Below, piece after piece: positions 1 through 9,593 of a stretch of 34,267 nt of DNA (its first letter is position 1; each line of letters begins with the position of its first letter). Both the position numbers and the translations under genes were made by a program. Source of the stretch: Sulfurimonadaceae bacterium (GTDB lineage: Bacteria; Campylobacterota; Campylobacteria; Campylobacterales; Sulfurimonadaceae); contig JBFEXS010000011.1 in NCBI GenBank assembly GCA_041562555.1, forward strand, positions 1 to 34,267. Reading direction: 5' to 3'. The notes beneath the pieces were generated by a model. It ran no database searches. It was not told where the DNA came from and saw only the letters and a list, made by a program, of their open reading frames with translations.

Positions 1-1
1 A

Positions 2-769
2 AAGTTCTTTGAACGCATAGGCGAGTTCTCCTATAACAAGGCCAATGAGATACTCTCACTCTATTCCGGTGCCCGTGAGATTCAGATCAAGTTCGGTGCA
101 CCAGAAGAAAAAACGAGGGTTATCCCTAATGCCGTAGATGTAGACGGATTGAATGCATTGCTTGAGCAGCGTGATGAGACAGTACCGAAGGTGATCACAC
201 TTATCGGAAGGGTGGTCTCGATTAAAGACATCAAGACATTCATCCGTGCGATGCGTATCACTGTCAATAAGATCCCTGAGGCGGAAGCGTGGATAGTAGG
301 ACCGATGGATGAGGACAAGGAATATGCGACTGAATGTCAGAACATGGCAGAATCTTTGGGTATTGAGGATAATATCAAGTTCTTAGGATTTCAAAACATC
401 AAGGAGATACTTCCAAAATCGGGGCTTTTGACCCTGACATCCATCAGTGAAGGGATGCCTTTGGTGATCTTAGAAGGGTTTGCGGCGGGTGTCCCCTGCG
501 TGGCAACGGATGTGGGTTCATGTTATGACCTTATCAAGGGTGGTCTGGATGAAGAAGATATCGCTTTGGGTTCAGCGGGAGAAGTGACGAGTATTGCCAA
601 TCCGACAGCCTTGGCCGACGCATACATTCGCTACTTGCAAGATGATAGCTTATGGAAATCCGCTCAGCAGGTCGCCCTTGCACGTGTTGAAAAATATTAT
701 CGGCAAGAGAAGTTTTTGGGAGATTACCGAAAACTCTATCAAAGAGAGATGACACAATGGCAGGAATAG
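2..769 (+). CDS. pelF: Pel polysaccharide GT4 glycosyltransferase PelF (5'-truncated by window edge)
   Basis: Frame is open from base 2 (KFFERIGEFSYNKANEILSLYSGAREIQIKFGAPEEKTRVIPNAVD...). Contains GRVVSIKDIKTFIRA and the GT4 EX7E motif in SISEGMPLVILEGFAAGVPCVATDVGSC. Overlaps pelG. Confidence 0.92.
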   Translation, partial: KFFERIGEFSYNKANEILSLYSGAREIQIKFGAPEEKTRVIPNAVDVDGLNALLEQRDETVPKVITLIGRVVSIKDIKTFIRAMRITVNKIPEAEAWIVGPMDEDKEYATECQNMAESLGIEDNIKFLGFQNIKEILPKSGLLTLTSISEGMPLVILEGFAAGVPCVATDVGSCYDLIKGGLDEEDIALGSAGEVTSIANPTALADAYIRYLQDDSLWKSAQQVALARVEKYYRQEKFLGDYRKLYQREMTQWQE

Positions 770-2133
770 GATTTGAATTAAAGAAGATCCTCAAAGAGGA
801 CAGACTCTTCTCTTTATTGAAGATGTACTCCTATTCGGGAATGCTGAGTGCAGGACCCTGGGTGATTTCGATCATCGCAATTTTGTTCGTCGGTTTTATC
901 AATATCGCTTCTGAACAGGGAGGACACGGGACTACCGCTTCATTCCAGATCGTTATCACCTATGCGATCGCCTTAGCTTCGAGTTTAGTGATCACGGGGT
1001 TTATACAGCTGCCTTTTACCCGTTATATCGCCGATCTTATTTTTGCAGGAAGAGAAGATGAGGTTCTATCGTCGTACCTCTCAACCCTGTTTGTCTCATG
1101 GTTGGTCGGGTTTGTGTTAGGTGCTCCTTTGGCCTTTGTTGTATTCAGTGATCAAAGTCTGTTGTTTGTCGTCAGTATCATCGGCACATTTTTGGTCCTG
1201 TGCGGTGTATGGATATCAAATATTTTGGCGATAAGTCTCAAGTATTATAAGAGTGTTTTATTGGCATATGCCATTGCATACGGATCGATCGTATTCGCCT
1301 CGTATATGTTTGCCAATTCATTAGAAACGCTCGTAATTATTTTTTTCCTGGGTAATGCATTGCTATTGGTTGTCTTAATGACGCTGATCATCAAAAGTTA
1401 CAGTGCATCTTATCTGATAAACTTCGGGTTCTTCAGGGATAAGAACTTTTATTGGTCTTTGGCGCTTGCGGGTCTTTTCTATAATCTAGGGGCCTGGATC
1501 GACAAATTTATATTCTGGTATCATCCTTCAACGGGTACCAATATCATCGGAGGTTTGAATGCTTCGGTGGTATATGATATGCCGATCTTTATCGCGTACC
1601 TGTCCATTATACCGGGAATGGCGATCTTCTTTTTTCGTCTTGAATCAGACTTCGCCGATCAGAACGACCTCTTCTTCAATGCGGTAAGAGATGGTTCGAC
1701 TTTGGAGATGATCGAACGGTATCGAGACGGGATGGTAGATATCATACGTCACTCTATTCGTGAGATCATGGTTGTGCAGGGGATCATCAACATACTGCTT
1801 TTTCTGGGTGCATCAAAACTGTTTGCACTGTTAAACATTCCGCAACTCTATTTGGGGCTTTTTTATATCTTGACGATCGGTGCACAGCTGCAGCTTGGGT
1901 TCATGTCCGTCCTTGCCTATCTGTACTATTTAGATAGACGGGTGGTGGCGATGTGGCTGAGTATCGCTTTTTTTGTGCTAAACCTTGTCTTGACCTTCGC
2001 CTCTATATATCTGGGACCTGCAAGTTTCGGATATGGATATGCGGTATCACTCTTGATTGTCTTTGTTGCCAGTTTGATCGTGCTTAGACGTGAGATGAAA
2101 GGATTGGTGTATGAGACCTTTATGCTTCAGTAG
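757..2133 (+). CDS. pelG: Pel polysaccharide inner-membrane transporter PelG (MOP/MATE-like)
   Basis: Characteristic N-terminus MAGIGFELKK...YSGMLSAGPWVISI and FYNLGAWIDKFIFW; about 12 hydrophobic segments; directly follows pelF. Confidence 0.95.
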   Translation: MAGIGFELKKILKEDRLFSLLKMYSYSGMLSAGPWVISIIAILFVGFINIASEQGGHGTTASFQIVITYAIALASSLVITGFIQLPFTRYIADLIFAGREDEVLSSYLSTLFVSWLVGFVLGAPLAFVVFSDQSLLFVVSIIGTFLVLCGVWISNILAISLKYYKSVLLAYAIAYGSIVFASYMFANSLETLVIIFFLGNALLLVVLMTLIIKSYSASYLINFGFFRDKNFYWSLALAGLFYNLGAWIDKFIFWYHPSTGTNIIGGLNASVVYDMPIFIAYLSIIPGMAIFFFRLESDFADQNDLFFNAVRDGSTLEMIERYRDGMVDIIRHSIREIMVVQGIINILLFLGASKLFALLNIPQLYLGLFYILTIGAQLQLGFMSVLAYLYYLDRRVVAMWLSIAFFVLNLVLTFASIYLGPASFGYGYAVSLLIVFVASLIVLRREMKGLVYETFMLQ

Positions 2134-4855
2134 AGTCTTTATCTTTCTGTCTTTATTGCTTGTGCAATTACATGCGGCTCATACCGAAAAATCGGCTGCG
2201 CTCTATTATGGGGATGATATCTCATACAGTAATCTGGGAATACATGACTATATTATCGTCGAGAGTGATAATATCTCTTCCTATACCCATGGATTCAAGA
2301 CCTATAAGGACAAGATCTATGCCTATGTCAGTATAGGTGAAGCATCGGAGTATCGCAAGCATTTCGATGGACTCAAAGCAGAGTGGAAGCTTTCTCAGAA
2401 CAAGGCATGGAAATCGACTGTTCTAGATGTCTCAAACGATGCGTATCATGAGTATATGTATGAACAGGTCATTCAACCGCTTGTGAATAAGGGATATAAA
2501 AACTTTTTCTTTGATACGCTTGATTCCTATCAGCTTGCGGCAAAGAATGAAGAACAGCGTCAGGAGTTTGAAAAAGGTCTGATACGTTTTATTGTTAAGT
2601 TCAAGCGGCGGTTTAGCAATACGAAATTGATCGTCAATCGTGGTTTTGAGATTTTAGATCAGATACATATGCATATTGACGGCTTACTTGTCGAGTCCCT
2701 ATTCTATGGTTTGTCTCTTCCCGACCTGGCCTATAAAAAGGTCAGTGAACAAGATAGGCAATGGCTTTTGTCACAGATACAAAAAGCGCAAAAATATGGC
2801 TTGGATGTTATCAGTGTCGAATATATCAGCCTAAAAGAGAAAGCGAAGATACGCACGACAATAGAGCAGTTGAAAAACCTGGGAGTGATCCCTTACGTCT
2901 CCAACAAGGAGCTGACACGTTATGGACAGAGCTCAAAAGAGCCGATCAAACGTGAAGTCCTTGTCTTATACAGTGCCACTTCAACCAAGCAATACTCAAA
3001 TGCACACCGTTTGCTCTCTTTGCCTTTGGAACATCTGGGGTATATTCCTGTTGTAAAAGCTATATCAGGGGAATTCCCAAACATGGAAGAGATGAGTCGT
3101 TATAAGGGAGTGGTCGTTTGGAATGAAGCACCGTTTGATGCGACGGATGCCTATGAAACATGGATCAAGTCTTTAGTGGATGCAAAGATAAAAGTCCTTT
3201 TTTTAGATGGGTTTGGCGTCTCAGATGACACGTCCATATGTGAACTCTTAGGGATTAAAAAGCAAACGAACAGAGCAGGGCTCTTTGAGAAGGTCCAGAT
3301 AGGGCACAAGGCGGATATCTTTGACTATGAGACACCTCTTGGGGTGGAGTATTTTGAAACCTTGTATCGCCTTAAAGAAGGAGAAACACTCTTAAGTCAA
3401 GTGAATGTTTACGGACAGGAAAACACACTTGTCGCTACTGCTCCTTGGGGTGGATATGCCTTGAATGGTACTGTGAGTAAAGAGTTTGGTGTAGATGCTT
3501 TATGGATATTGAACCCTTTTGACTTTTTTCCAAAGGCACTGGATCTGGCACCGATTCCTGTACCTGATCCGACCACTGAAAACGGCAGACGTCTGCTTTT
3601 TTCCCATATAGACGGGGATGCGGCAATGAACAGAGTAGAGTGGAATCCAAGGTTATACAGTATTGAAGTCATGTATGAACATATTCTGAAAAAGTATACA
3701 ATCCCGCATGGTGTATCTATTGTTGAAGCGGAGATATCGGCTGAAGGACTTTACCCAAAAGACGCAGCCAAACTTCAGAAGGCTGCGCGAAACATCTATG
3801 CACTTGAGCACGTAGAGGCAGCAAGCCATACCTATACCCACCCATTTGAATGGGAACGCGTCAAAGAGGGAAAACTTGATCCACAGTACAGATTGGGTGT
3901 GAAGGAATACGACTTCTCTATCGACAGAGAGATAAGTGGCTCTTTGGAGTATATCAATTCCCGTCTTCTCCCCGCAGGAAAAAAAGCGGCAAAGACAGTA
4001 TACTGGACAGGTGATTGTGTACCTCCGGAAGAGGTCTTGGCATATACGTACAAACATGGGTTGCTCAATATTAACGGCGGAAATACACTGATTACCAATG
4101 ATAAACCCTGGCTCTCTCGTATCGCCCCTTACAGTTTGAAGCGGGGTGAATATAGACAGGTCTATACCGGAGCGGAAAATGAGAACGTATATACGAACAT
4201 GTGGCATGGTCCCTTCTGGGGATATAAAAAGGTGATACAGACCTTTAAACGGACCGAGTCTCCCAGACGTTTAAAACCTATTGACATCTATTACCATTTT
4301 TATGCAGCTTCCAAAACGGCTTCCTTAAAAGCTCTGGATGAGGTCTACACATGGGCACTTTCTCAAGAGGTTATGCCGATATACCCTTCCGAATATATTC
4401 CCAAGGTCTTGGAGTTTTATGATCTTAGTATGGCAAAGAGCGTTGATGGATGGTATATTGAAGGTATGGATGCACTCAATACGCTTCGCAGTGATACTGC
4501 AGGAACAATGGATAGGCTCAAGCAGAATGCATCTGTCATCGGATACCGGACTCAAGGAGACAGAACCTACATACATGTCAATACACAAAAACAACCGGTC
4601 GTACTCCAAAGCAGAGGCGAAGAGGAGTCAAATCATCTTATCCATACGAATGCCAGGGTGAGCAACTATATGCAGAATGAACAAGGAATCTCGTTTCATC
4701 TGAAGGGGTATGTCGATATTGAGTTAGATTACCATCTCAAAGAGGGGTGTTCGATCAGAAGCAGTATCAAGCCGGGTGATCACCGAATCAGTGGAGCCGA
4801 GCATTCACTGAAATTCCGCGTAAAGGAGAGTGATGTATTCATCCGATGCAGATAA
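2111..4855 (+). CDS. pelA: PelA bifunctional endo-alpha-1,4-galactosaminidase / polysaccharide deacetylase
   Basis: Signal peptide. N-terminal hydrolase motifs AYVSIGE, FFDTLDSY, NRGFE, VESLF. Deacetylase motifs PDPTTENGRRLLFSHIDGD, ASHTYTHPF, WTGDC, NENVYTNMW, RRLKPIDIYYHFY. 914 aa. Confidence 0.95.
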   Translation: MRPLCFSRVFIFLSLLLVQLHAAHTEKSAALYYGDDISYSNLGIHDYIIVESDNISSYTHGFKTYKDKIYAYVSIGEASEYRKHFDGLKAEWKLSQNKAWKSTVLDVSNDAYHEYMYEQVIQPLVNKGYKNFFFDTLDSYQLAAKNEEQRQEFEKGLIRFIVKFKRRFSNTKLIVNRGFEILDQIHMHIDGLLVESLFYGLSLPDLAYKKVSEQDRQWLLSQIQKAQKYGLDVISVEYISLKEKAKIRTTIEQLKNLGVIPYVSNKELTRYGQSSKEPIKREVLVLYSATSTKQYSNAHRLLSLPLEHLGYIPVVKAISGEFPNMEEMSRYKGVVVWNEAPFDATDAYETWIKSLVDAKIKVLFLDGFGVSDDTSICELLGIKKQTNRAGLFEKVQIGHKADIFDYETPLGVEYFETLYRLKEGETLLSQVNVYGQENTLVATAPWGGYALNGTVSKEFGVDALWILNPFDFFPKALDLAPIPVPDPTTENGRRLLFSHIDGDAAMNRVEWNPRLYSIEVMYEHILKKYTIPHGVSIVEAEISAEGLYPKDAAKLQKAARNIYALEHVEAASHTYTHPFEWERVKEGKLDPQYRLGVKEYDFSIDREISGSLEYINSRLLPAGKKAAKTVYWTGDCVPPEEVLAYTYKHGLLNINGGNTLITNDKPWLSRIAPYSLKRGEYRQVYTGAENENVYTNMWHGPFWGYKKVIQTFKRTESPRRLKPIDIYYHFYAASKTASLKALDEVYTWALSQEVMPIYPSEYIPKVLEFYDLSMAKSVDGWYIEGMDALNTLRSDTAGTMDRLKQNASVIGYRTQGDRTYIHVNTQKQPVVLQSRGEEESNHLIHTNARVSNYMQNEQGISFHLKGYVDIELDYHLKEGCSIRSSIKPGDHRISGAEHSLKFRVKESDVFIRCR

Positions 4856-5882
4856 ACGCATAGAAGTCGTCAGTTATCTTGAAGCGGTATTGGTATTTGT
4901 CGTCTTCGCTTTTGTTCTATATGCCCTGTATCCTAAGCAGATGCTTGAGAAACAGGTACTTGCAGAACAGAGCAACTATGACTTGACGGCAATTTATCTT
5001 GAGAACATGCTGCGACTAGAGCCGGAGAATATCGAATTGAGTATGGCTTTAATCGAAGCCAGCCTAAAGAGCGGAAAGTTCGACCTTGCATTAAAAATGA
5101 TCGAGATAGTACAAAACAGGGCTGAGCCGACACTGCAAGAGGAATTGATACGGTATCGTTTTGAGGCATTGAAGGTGAAATACTTTTCCACCAATGAGCT
5201 AGTGCTTCGCAGTGAGATACGTGACGAGATTCACACAGTACTTGATGAGGTGAGCAAGCGCTCAGGATATTATCAAAACAGATTGGAATACTGGTATAAG
5301 GCATCCAGAGAGTTCTCCCTGAACAACTCAGCACTTTTCTTTTTATATAAACTGCTTGAACACGAAGAGAAAGCATTGTGGCTTAAGGAGTGCTTCTACC
5401 TCAGTACGGATTTGAAGAATGAGGTGATGCAAGAGGATTGTTTGACACGTTTAAGAACGGTCGATACCAGTAACTATGATACATGGACGCAACAGGCGTA
5501 TTATATGGCACTGCAAGAGGGAAAAACTGAACGAGCCCTCTCTTTGTTGAAAGACATGGCTTCGCGTTCGCAAAGATGGCGTATTGAACTGGCAAAGTTT
5601 TATGTGGAGCTGCGACGATACAAAGAGGGGTCTGGAGAGTATATGAAGCTTTACAAAAAAGCGCGAAGCGCCCAAGAACATCAAGCATATCTGCGAAAAG
5701 CTTTGGCTGCATTACAATCTGGTGCATTGATGAACGAAGCAGCTGCATTAGCCCGTCAATATGAGGCTCTGTATTACAAGGATAAACAGATGAGTATATT
5801 CTTTATCAAGCTTTACCTTGCAGCCAATAAACTTGATGACGCGAAACGGGTATCCCTTGAGCGATTGAAGTATGTGGACTAG
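4833..5882 (+). CDS. TPR protein corresponding to the N-terminal part of PelB (N-terminal hydrophobic helix + TPRs)
   Basis: AAGGAG upstream of ATG 4833 (GTG 4830 is an alternative start); overlaps the pelA end. Hydrophobic helix followed by DLTAIYLENMLRLEPENIELSMAL, which resembles the PelB N-terminus as I recall it; helical TPR-like repeats. Confidence 0.75.
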   Translation: MYSSDADKRIEVVSYLEAVLVFVVFAFVLYALYPKQMLEKQVLAEQSNYDLTAIYLENMLRLEPENIELSMALIEASLKSGKFDLALKMIEIVQNRAEPTLQEELIRYRFEALKVKYFSTNELVLRSEIRDEIHTVLDEVSKRSGYYQNRLEYWYKASREFSLNNSALFFLYKLLEHEEKALWLKECFYLSTDLKNEVMQEDCLTRLRTVDTSNYDTWTQQAYYMALQEGKTERALSLLKDMASRSQRWRIELAKFYVELRRYKEGSGEYMKLYKKARSAQEHQAYLRKALAALQSGALMNEAAALARQYEALYYKDKQMSIFFIKLYLAANKLDDAKRVSLERLKYVD

Positions 5883-8800
5883 ATGATGCGTTGGTTATGT
5901 ATATCCCTTATCTCTGTTCTTGTTACCCTGTTAGAGGCGGAGGAACTCTGCTATTCTGTACAGCTCAATAGTTTTGTCATCAAAGAGAAAAACCTATATC
6001 GCTTTGAGGGATATCCCCCATCCTGTAAACTGATCGAGGGAGAAAGACTTAATACAGTACGATGCGGATGTTTTGAAAAATATTCACAGGCAAAAGAACA
6101 TCATGCGCTCCTTCGTACCGATTATCCGGATGCCATGATCGTCGAGACCTACCGTTATCGTTTTTCCGATGGGGAAGTTCAGCAGGCAAGCAGTGTGGAT
6201 GAACAGGAACTAAAGTTACTTTTTCAGGTGTTCTCTTTCTCAAGCGATCTTGAAAATGCCTATGCAACGGCGAAAAAAGCGCTTCGGGCTTATCCGCGCT
6301 CTTTGTACTGGCATAACAAAATGGCTGAAGTATCAATGTGGACGGAGAGACGTGAAGAGGCCGTAGAACACATGATGTATGTTTACAAACGTACCCATAG
6401 TAAAGAGCTGGAGAAAAAACTTCTTGAGTATGCTCTTTTAGCCTATCAGTATGAGACGGCAGCAGCTATCATCGAGAAGAAGGTCAAACAAGACCCAAGT
6501 GAGGAAAATGTACAGAAGATGGTCTATATCTTCGATCTGGCGGGAAGACCGGAAGCATCTGCACTTATCTTGGATGAGGTGTATAGACAATTTCCTTCCC
6601 GCACCTATCTTTTAACACAGCAGTTGCAAATCTATTTGAACATGGGAGAGACGGAGTCTGCTTCCGGTGTTGTAAAAAAGATCGAAAAAGTAGGTCTAAA
6701 TGATATGTCTACCGCCTATCTGTTGTCATATTATTATTTTTTGCGTCAAGATGTAGATGCTTCCTATAGAGCACTAAAAGCAGCTGATCTTGAAAAGAGC
6801 AAAGATACGAACACGACACGGTATTATATGCAGTTGAGTGACCTCTCGTGGTACGTGAAGGCATATAAGGAGGGAGCTGAGGCCTCTATACAGGTTGATG
6901 AGGCTGGTGCTGCCCGGTTGGTCGATTATGAGCGTATACTGGCAGTATATAAAAAGAGTGATCCAAGGATGGCGATGAAGGCCGCTCTGGATGCATATCA
7001 GAAGTTTTCTCAGCACTATTTATTCTATACCTATGCGTATTTGGGGATTGAACAAACTGCTTATCATGAGGTCCTTGCCCTATGTGAGAAGATTGAGCAA
7101 GATAGAGAGAACACCTTGGTCGAGGAAGCCTTGTATTGGATGATCAAAGCACAGCTGTATGGATATACAGATCAGACTATAGAGGCACAAGAGGCATTTT
7201 ACAAGGCCCAGATGATATCGCCATCTTCTCAGCAGATCATCGAATCCTATATCTGGTTCCTGATGGATATCAGAGACAGCAGCAGGCTAATAGAGATTTT
7301 GACACAATTGGAAGAAGAAAATGAAATAAACAAGACTCTATGGCTTCCGATGGCTGTTGCTTATTTTTATCTTCAGTATACGGACAGAGCGGAATTTTAT
7401 CTGAGCAAACTCAAGGATGCAGGGGTTCAAAGCCGTCAAATCCACCTGCTTGATGCCTATGTCATGCAGTCTCAAAACAGAGAGGATGCTTTTTACAAGG
7501 TATTGACTAAGCTTGAGACGCAGATGAGGCTTGAATTGAGAGCGGACCCTATGCTGGAACGCTCTTCGGATTTTATGCAGGAATACCTTGGTATTTCGAT
7601 GTTCTTGTCCGGTGCAGATACATTTGCAGCAGAACTTGAGAAAGCGAAAAATATTTTGAGCAAAGAGGCATACGAGGAGCTTTCACTCTCCTTTGCTATG
7701 CGAGAAAATGTGGACGAGCAGGTGCATCGACAGATGACCCGTATGCAAAAGAACGAGCCATGGATCAGATTGAATTATGCGCTGAGCAGTCATGATCTGT
7801 CTGAACAGCAAGAGTTGTTGTATAAATATTATCGAATCCTACCATTGAGTGATACTGTAACGGCAGCGCAAAATACACAACAGGTTTCTTTGGCACAGGA
7901 TATGGTCTTTGAGGGCCTTGCACACAATCGTAAAAATGCATTGACCTATGATCAGATGCGTCAGCTTTATGAAGAATCAGCGGACGTGTTCTCAGTAGAG
8001 ACAGGGGTATTGGACAGGAGTGGTCTGGAACAAGTTTATGCCCAAATAGACAATAGGTATTATATGGCTAAGGGCTATACTCTCGAAGGAGATCTCTTCA
8101 TCGGCAGCAACACTGTCAATGACAGTGCAGTGTTTAAGAGTATACCCTCCACTTCAACGGCACTTTCTTTTGGTCTCACGAAGGATTTTGCACGGGGTGA
8201 TTACACGTTAAGCTTTGGGGTGAAGGATTCCGCAGAAGCCTATTATACACTTGGATTTACGTATAGAACCGCATTGTCACGACGATTGGACATGGAACTT
8301 TCAATCGACAAGGCTGCCAAAGCAGAGGAAAGCGTCTACCTTCTGGTGGGTGGTTATAAGGATCGCATAGCGTTGCAGGCACGTTATGCAATTCTGGGCT
8401 CATCAACTGTCGGATGTTACCTGGAACACGCAGGGTATCGTTCGGATGATGGTACAGACCTTGGCTCCGGATATAGCGGACGGATAGATTACAGCTACTT
8501 ACAACGCTCAGCTTATCCAGATATCAGTGTCACACCTTTTTACACCTTTGGAAAGTATGATGAGACAAGCGGCTCAAAAGGGGTGATAGATGATATGCTT
8601 ACTTTCCCTGATGCGAAGGTTGTCTCTGATGATTTTTGGTATGCAGGGTTTGATCTGAGTTATGGGATGCAAAATCGATATAATTATACACGTGTTTGGC
8701 GTCCCTTTATATCGATAAGCCCCTATTATAACGGACTGGAATCAAAATATAATTTTGGATTCTCCTCCGGAATAGGCGGAGCAGTTTTTGGGCAGGACCA

Positions 8801-8891
8801 CCTTGCCTTTGTGATCGATTACTCCGAGAGTGTGAACGGGACAAGCGATCAGCTTTGGCGAAGCTATTTCAGCTATAAAATTTTGTATTGA
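5883..8891 (+). CDS. pelB: PelB-like outer-membrane export protein (signal peptide + SPOR-like domain + TPRs + C-terminal beta-barrel)
   Basis: Signal peptide MMRWLCISLISVLVTLLEA; TPR-like repeats (LENAYATAKKALRAYPRSLYWHNKMAEVSMW). The C-terminal ~300 aa are Gly/Tyr/Ser-rich amphipathic beta strands ending GGAVFGQDHLAF...SYFSYKILY. Lies in the pel cluster. Confidence 0.82.
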   Translation: MMRWLCISLISVLVTLLEAEELCYSVQLNSFVIKEKNLYRFEGYPPSCKLIEGERLNTVRCGCFEKYSQAKEHHALLRTDYPDAMIVETYRYRFSDGEVQQASSVDEQELKLLFQVFSFSSDLENAYATAKKALRAYPRSLYWHNKMAEVSMWTERREEAVEHMMYVYKRTHSKELEKKLLEYALLAYQYETAAAIIEKKVKQDPSEENVQKMVYIFDLAGRPEASALILDEVYRQFPSRTYLLTQQLQIYLNMGETESASGVVKKIEKVGLNDMSTAYLLSYYYFLRQDVDASYRALKAADLEKSKDTNTTRYYMQLSDLSWYVKAYKEGAEASIQVDEAGAARLVDYERILAVYKKSDPRMAMKAALDAYQKFSQHYLFYTYAYLGIEQTAYHEVLALCEKIEQDRENTLVEEALYWMIKAQLYGYTDQTIEAQEAFYKAQMISPSSQQIIESYIWFLMDIRDSSRLIEILTQLEEENEINKTLWLPMAVAYFYLQYTDRAEFYLSKLKDAGVQSRQIHLLDAYVMQSQNREDAFYKVLTKLETQMRLELRADPMLERSSDFMQEYLGISMFLSGADTFAAELEKAKNILSKEAYEELSLSFAMRENVDEQVHRQMTRMQKNEPWIRLNYALSSHDLSEQQELLYKYYRILPLSDTVTAAQNTQQVSLAQDMVFEGLAHNRKNALTYDQMRQLYEESADVFSVETGVLDRSGLEQVYAQIDNRYYMAKGYTLEGDLFIGSNTVNDSAVFKSIPSTSTALSFGLTKDFARGDYTLSFGVKDSAEAYYTLGFTYRTALSRRLDMELSIDKAAKAEESVYLLVGGYKDRIALQARYAILGSSTVGCYLEHAGYRSDDGTDLGSGYSGRIDYSYLQRSAYPDISVTPFYTFGKYDETSGSKGVIDDMLTFPDAKVVSDDFWYAGFDLSYGMQNRYNYTRVWRPFISISPYYNGLESKYNFGFSSGIGGAVFGQDHLAFVIDYSESVNGTSDQLWRSYFSYKILY

Positions 8892-8902
8892 TTGAGAGAA
8901 AA

Positions 8903-9583
8903 ATGGAACATCTAGACTTATACTCCAAGGTTGAGCATCTTTTGGGAATCGAAGATGCAACAAAATACCTGCATACTATCTATACCGAAGTGCTCTACAA
9001 TTATGAGATCAAGACACTTTTGGATGTCGGATGCGGCAGGGGTGAACTGATGAAGACCTTTGCAAAATTTGACATCGATTGTGAAGGTATAGATCTGAGT
9101 GCGTTGATGGTCGAAAAGGCCAAGGCCAAGGGTTTAAAGGCTGAACACAAGTCCATCTGTGAAGTAGAAGGTTATTATGATGCAGTAGTCGCTGTCTTTG
9201 ATGTCTTGAACTTCGTTTCTCCCGATGCATTGGAAGGTTTTATAGCGTGTGTACACAGGGTCTTGAATGATGACGGGATCTTTGTTTTTGATGTCAATAC
9301 CTTGCATGGCTTTGCCAATGTCGCCGATGGGACGATGAGCCAGGAAGAGGGAGAAAATTTTCTTAGTGTCGATGCGGTGTTTGAAGATAATGAACTGCAT
9401 ACGAAATTTACCTATTTCAGCCAAGAAGGTGCCTTGTATAGAAAAGAACAGGAGACGATAGTCCAGTATTTCCATCCCTTGAAGCTCTTCAAGAAACTGA
9501 AGGATTTCAAGGTCGTACAGAGCGCCTATCTGGACCTGTATGATAAAAAAGACAAGGCGCTGATCGTCTTGAAAAAAGCCTGA
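8903..9583 (+). CDS. Class I SAM-dependent methyltransferase
   Basis: Motif I LLDVGCGRG, GIDLSALMV, motif VFDVLNF. ATG 8903 preferred over TTG 8888. Confidence 0.88.
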   Translation: MEHLDLYSKVEHLLGIEDATKYLHTIYTEVLYNYEIKTLLDVGCGRGELMKTFAKFDIDCEGIDLSALMVEKAKAKGLKAEHKSICEVEGYYDAVVAVFDVLNFVSPDALEGFIACVHRVLNDDGIFVFDVNTLHGFANVADGTMSQEEGENFLSVDAVFEDNELHTKFTYFSQEGALYRKEQETIVQYFHPLKLFKKLKDFKVVQSAYLDLYDKKDKALIVLKKA

Positions 9584-9593
9584 GGAGATAAGT

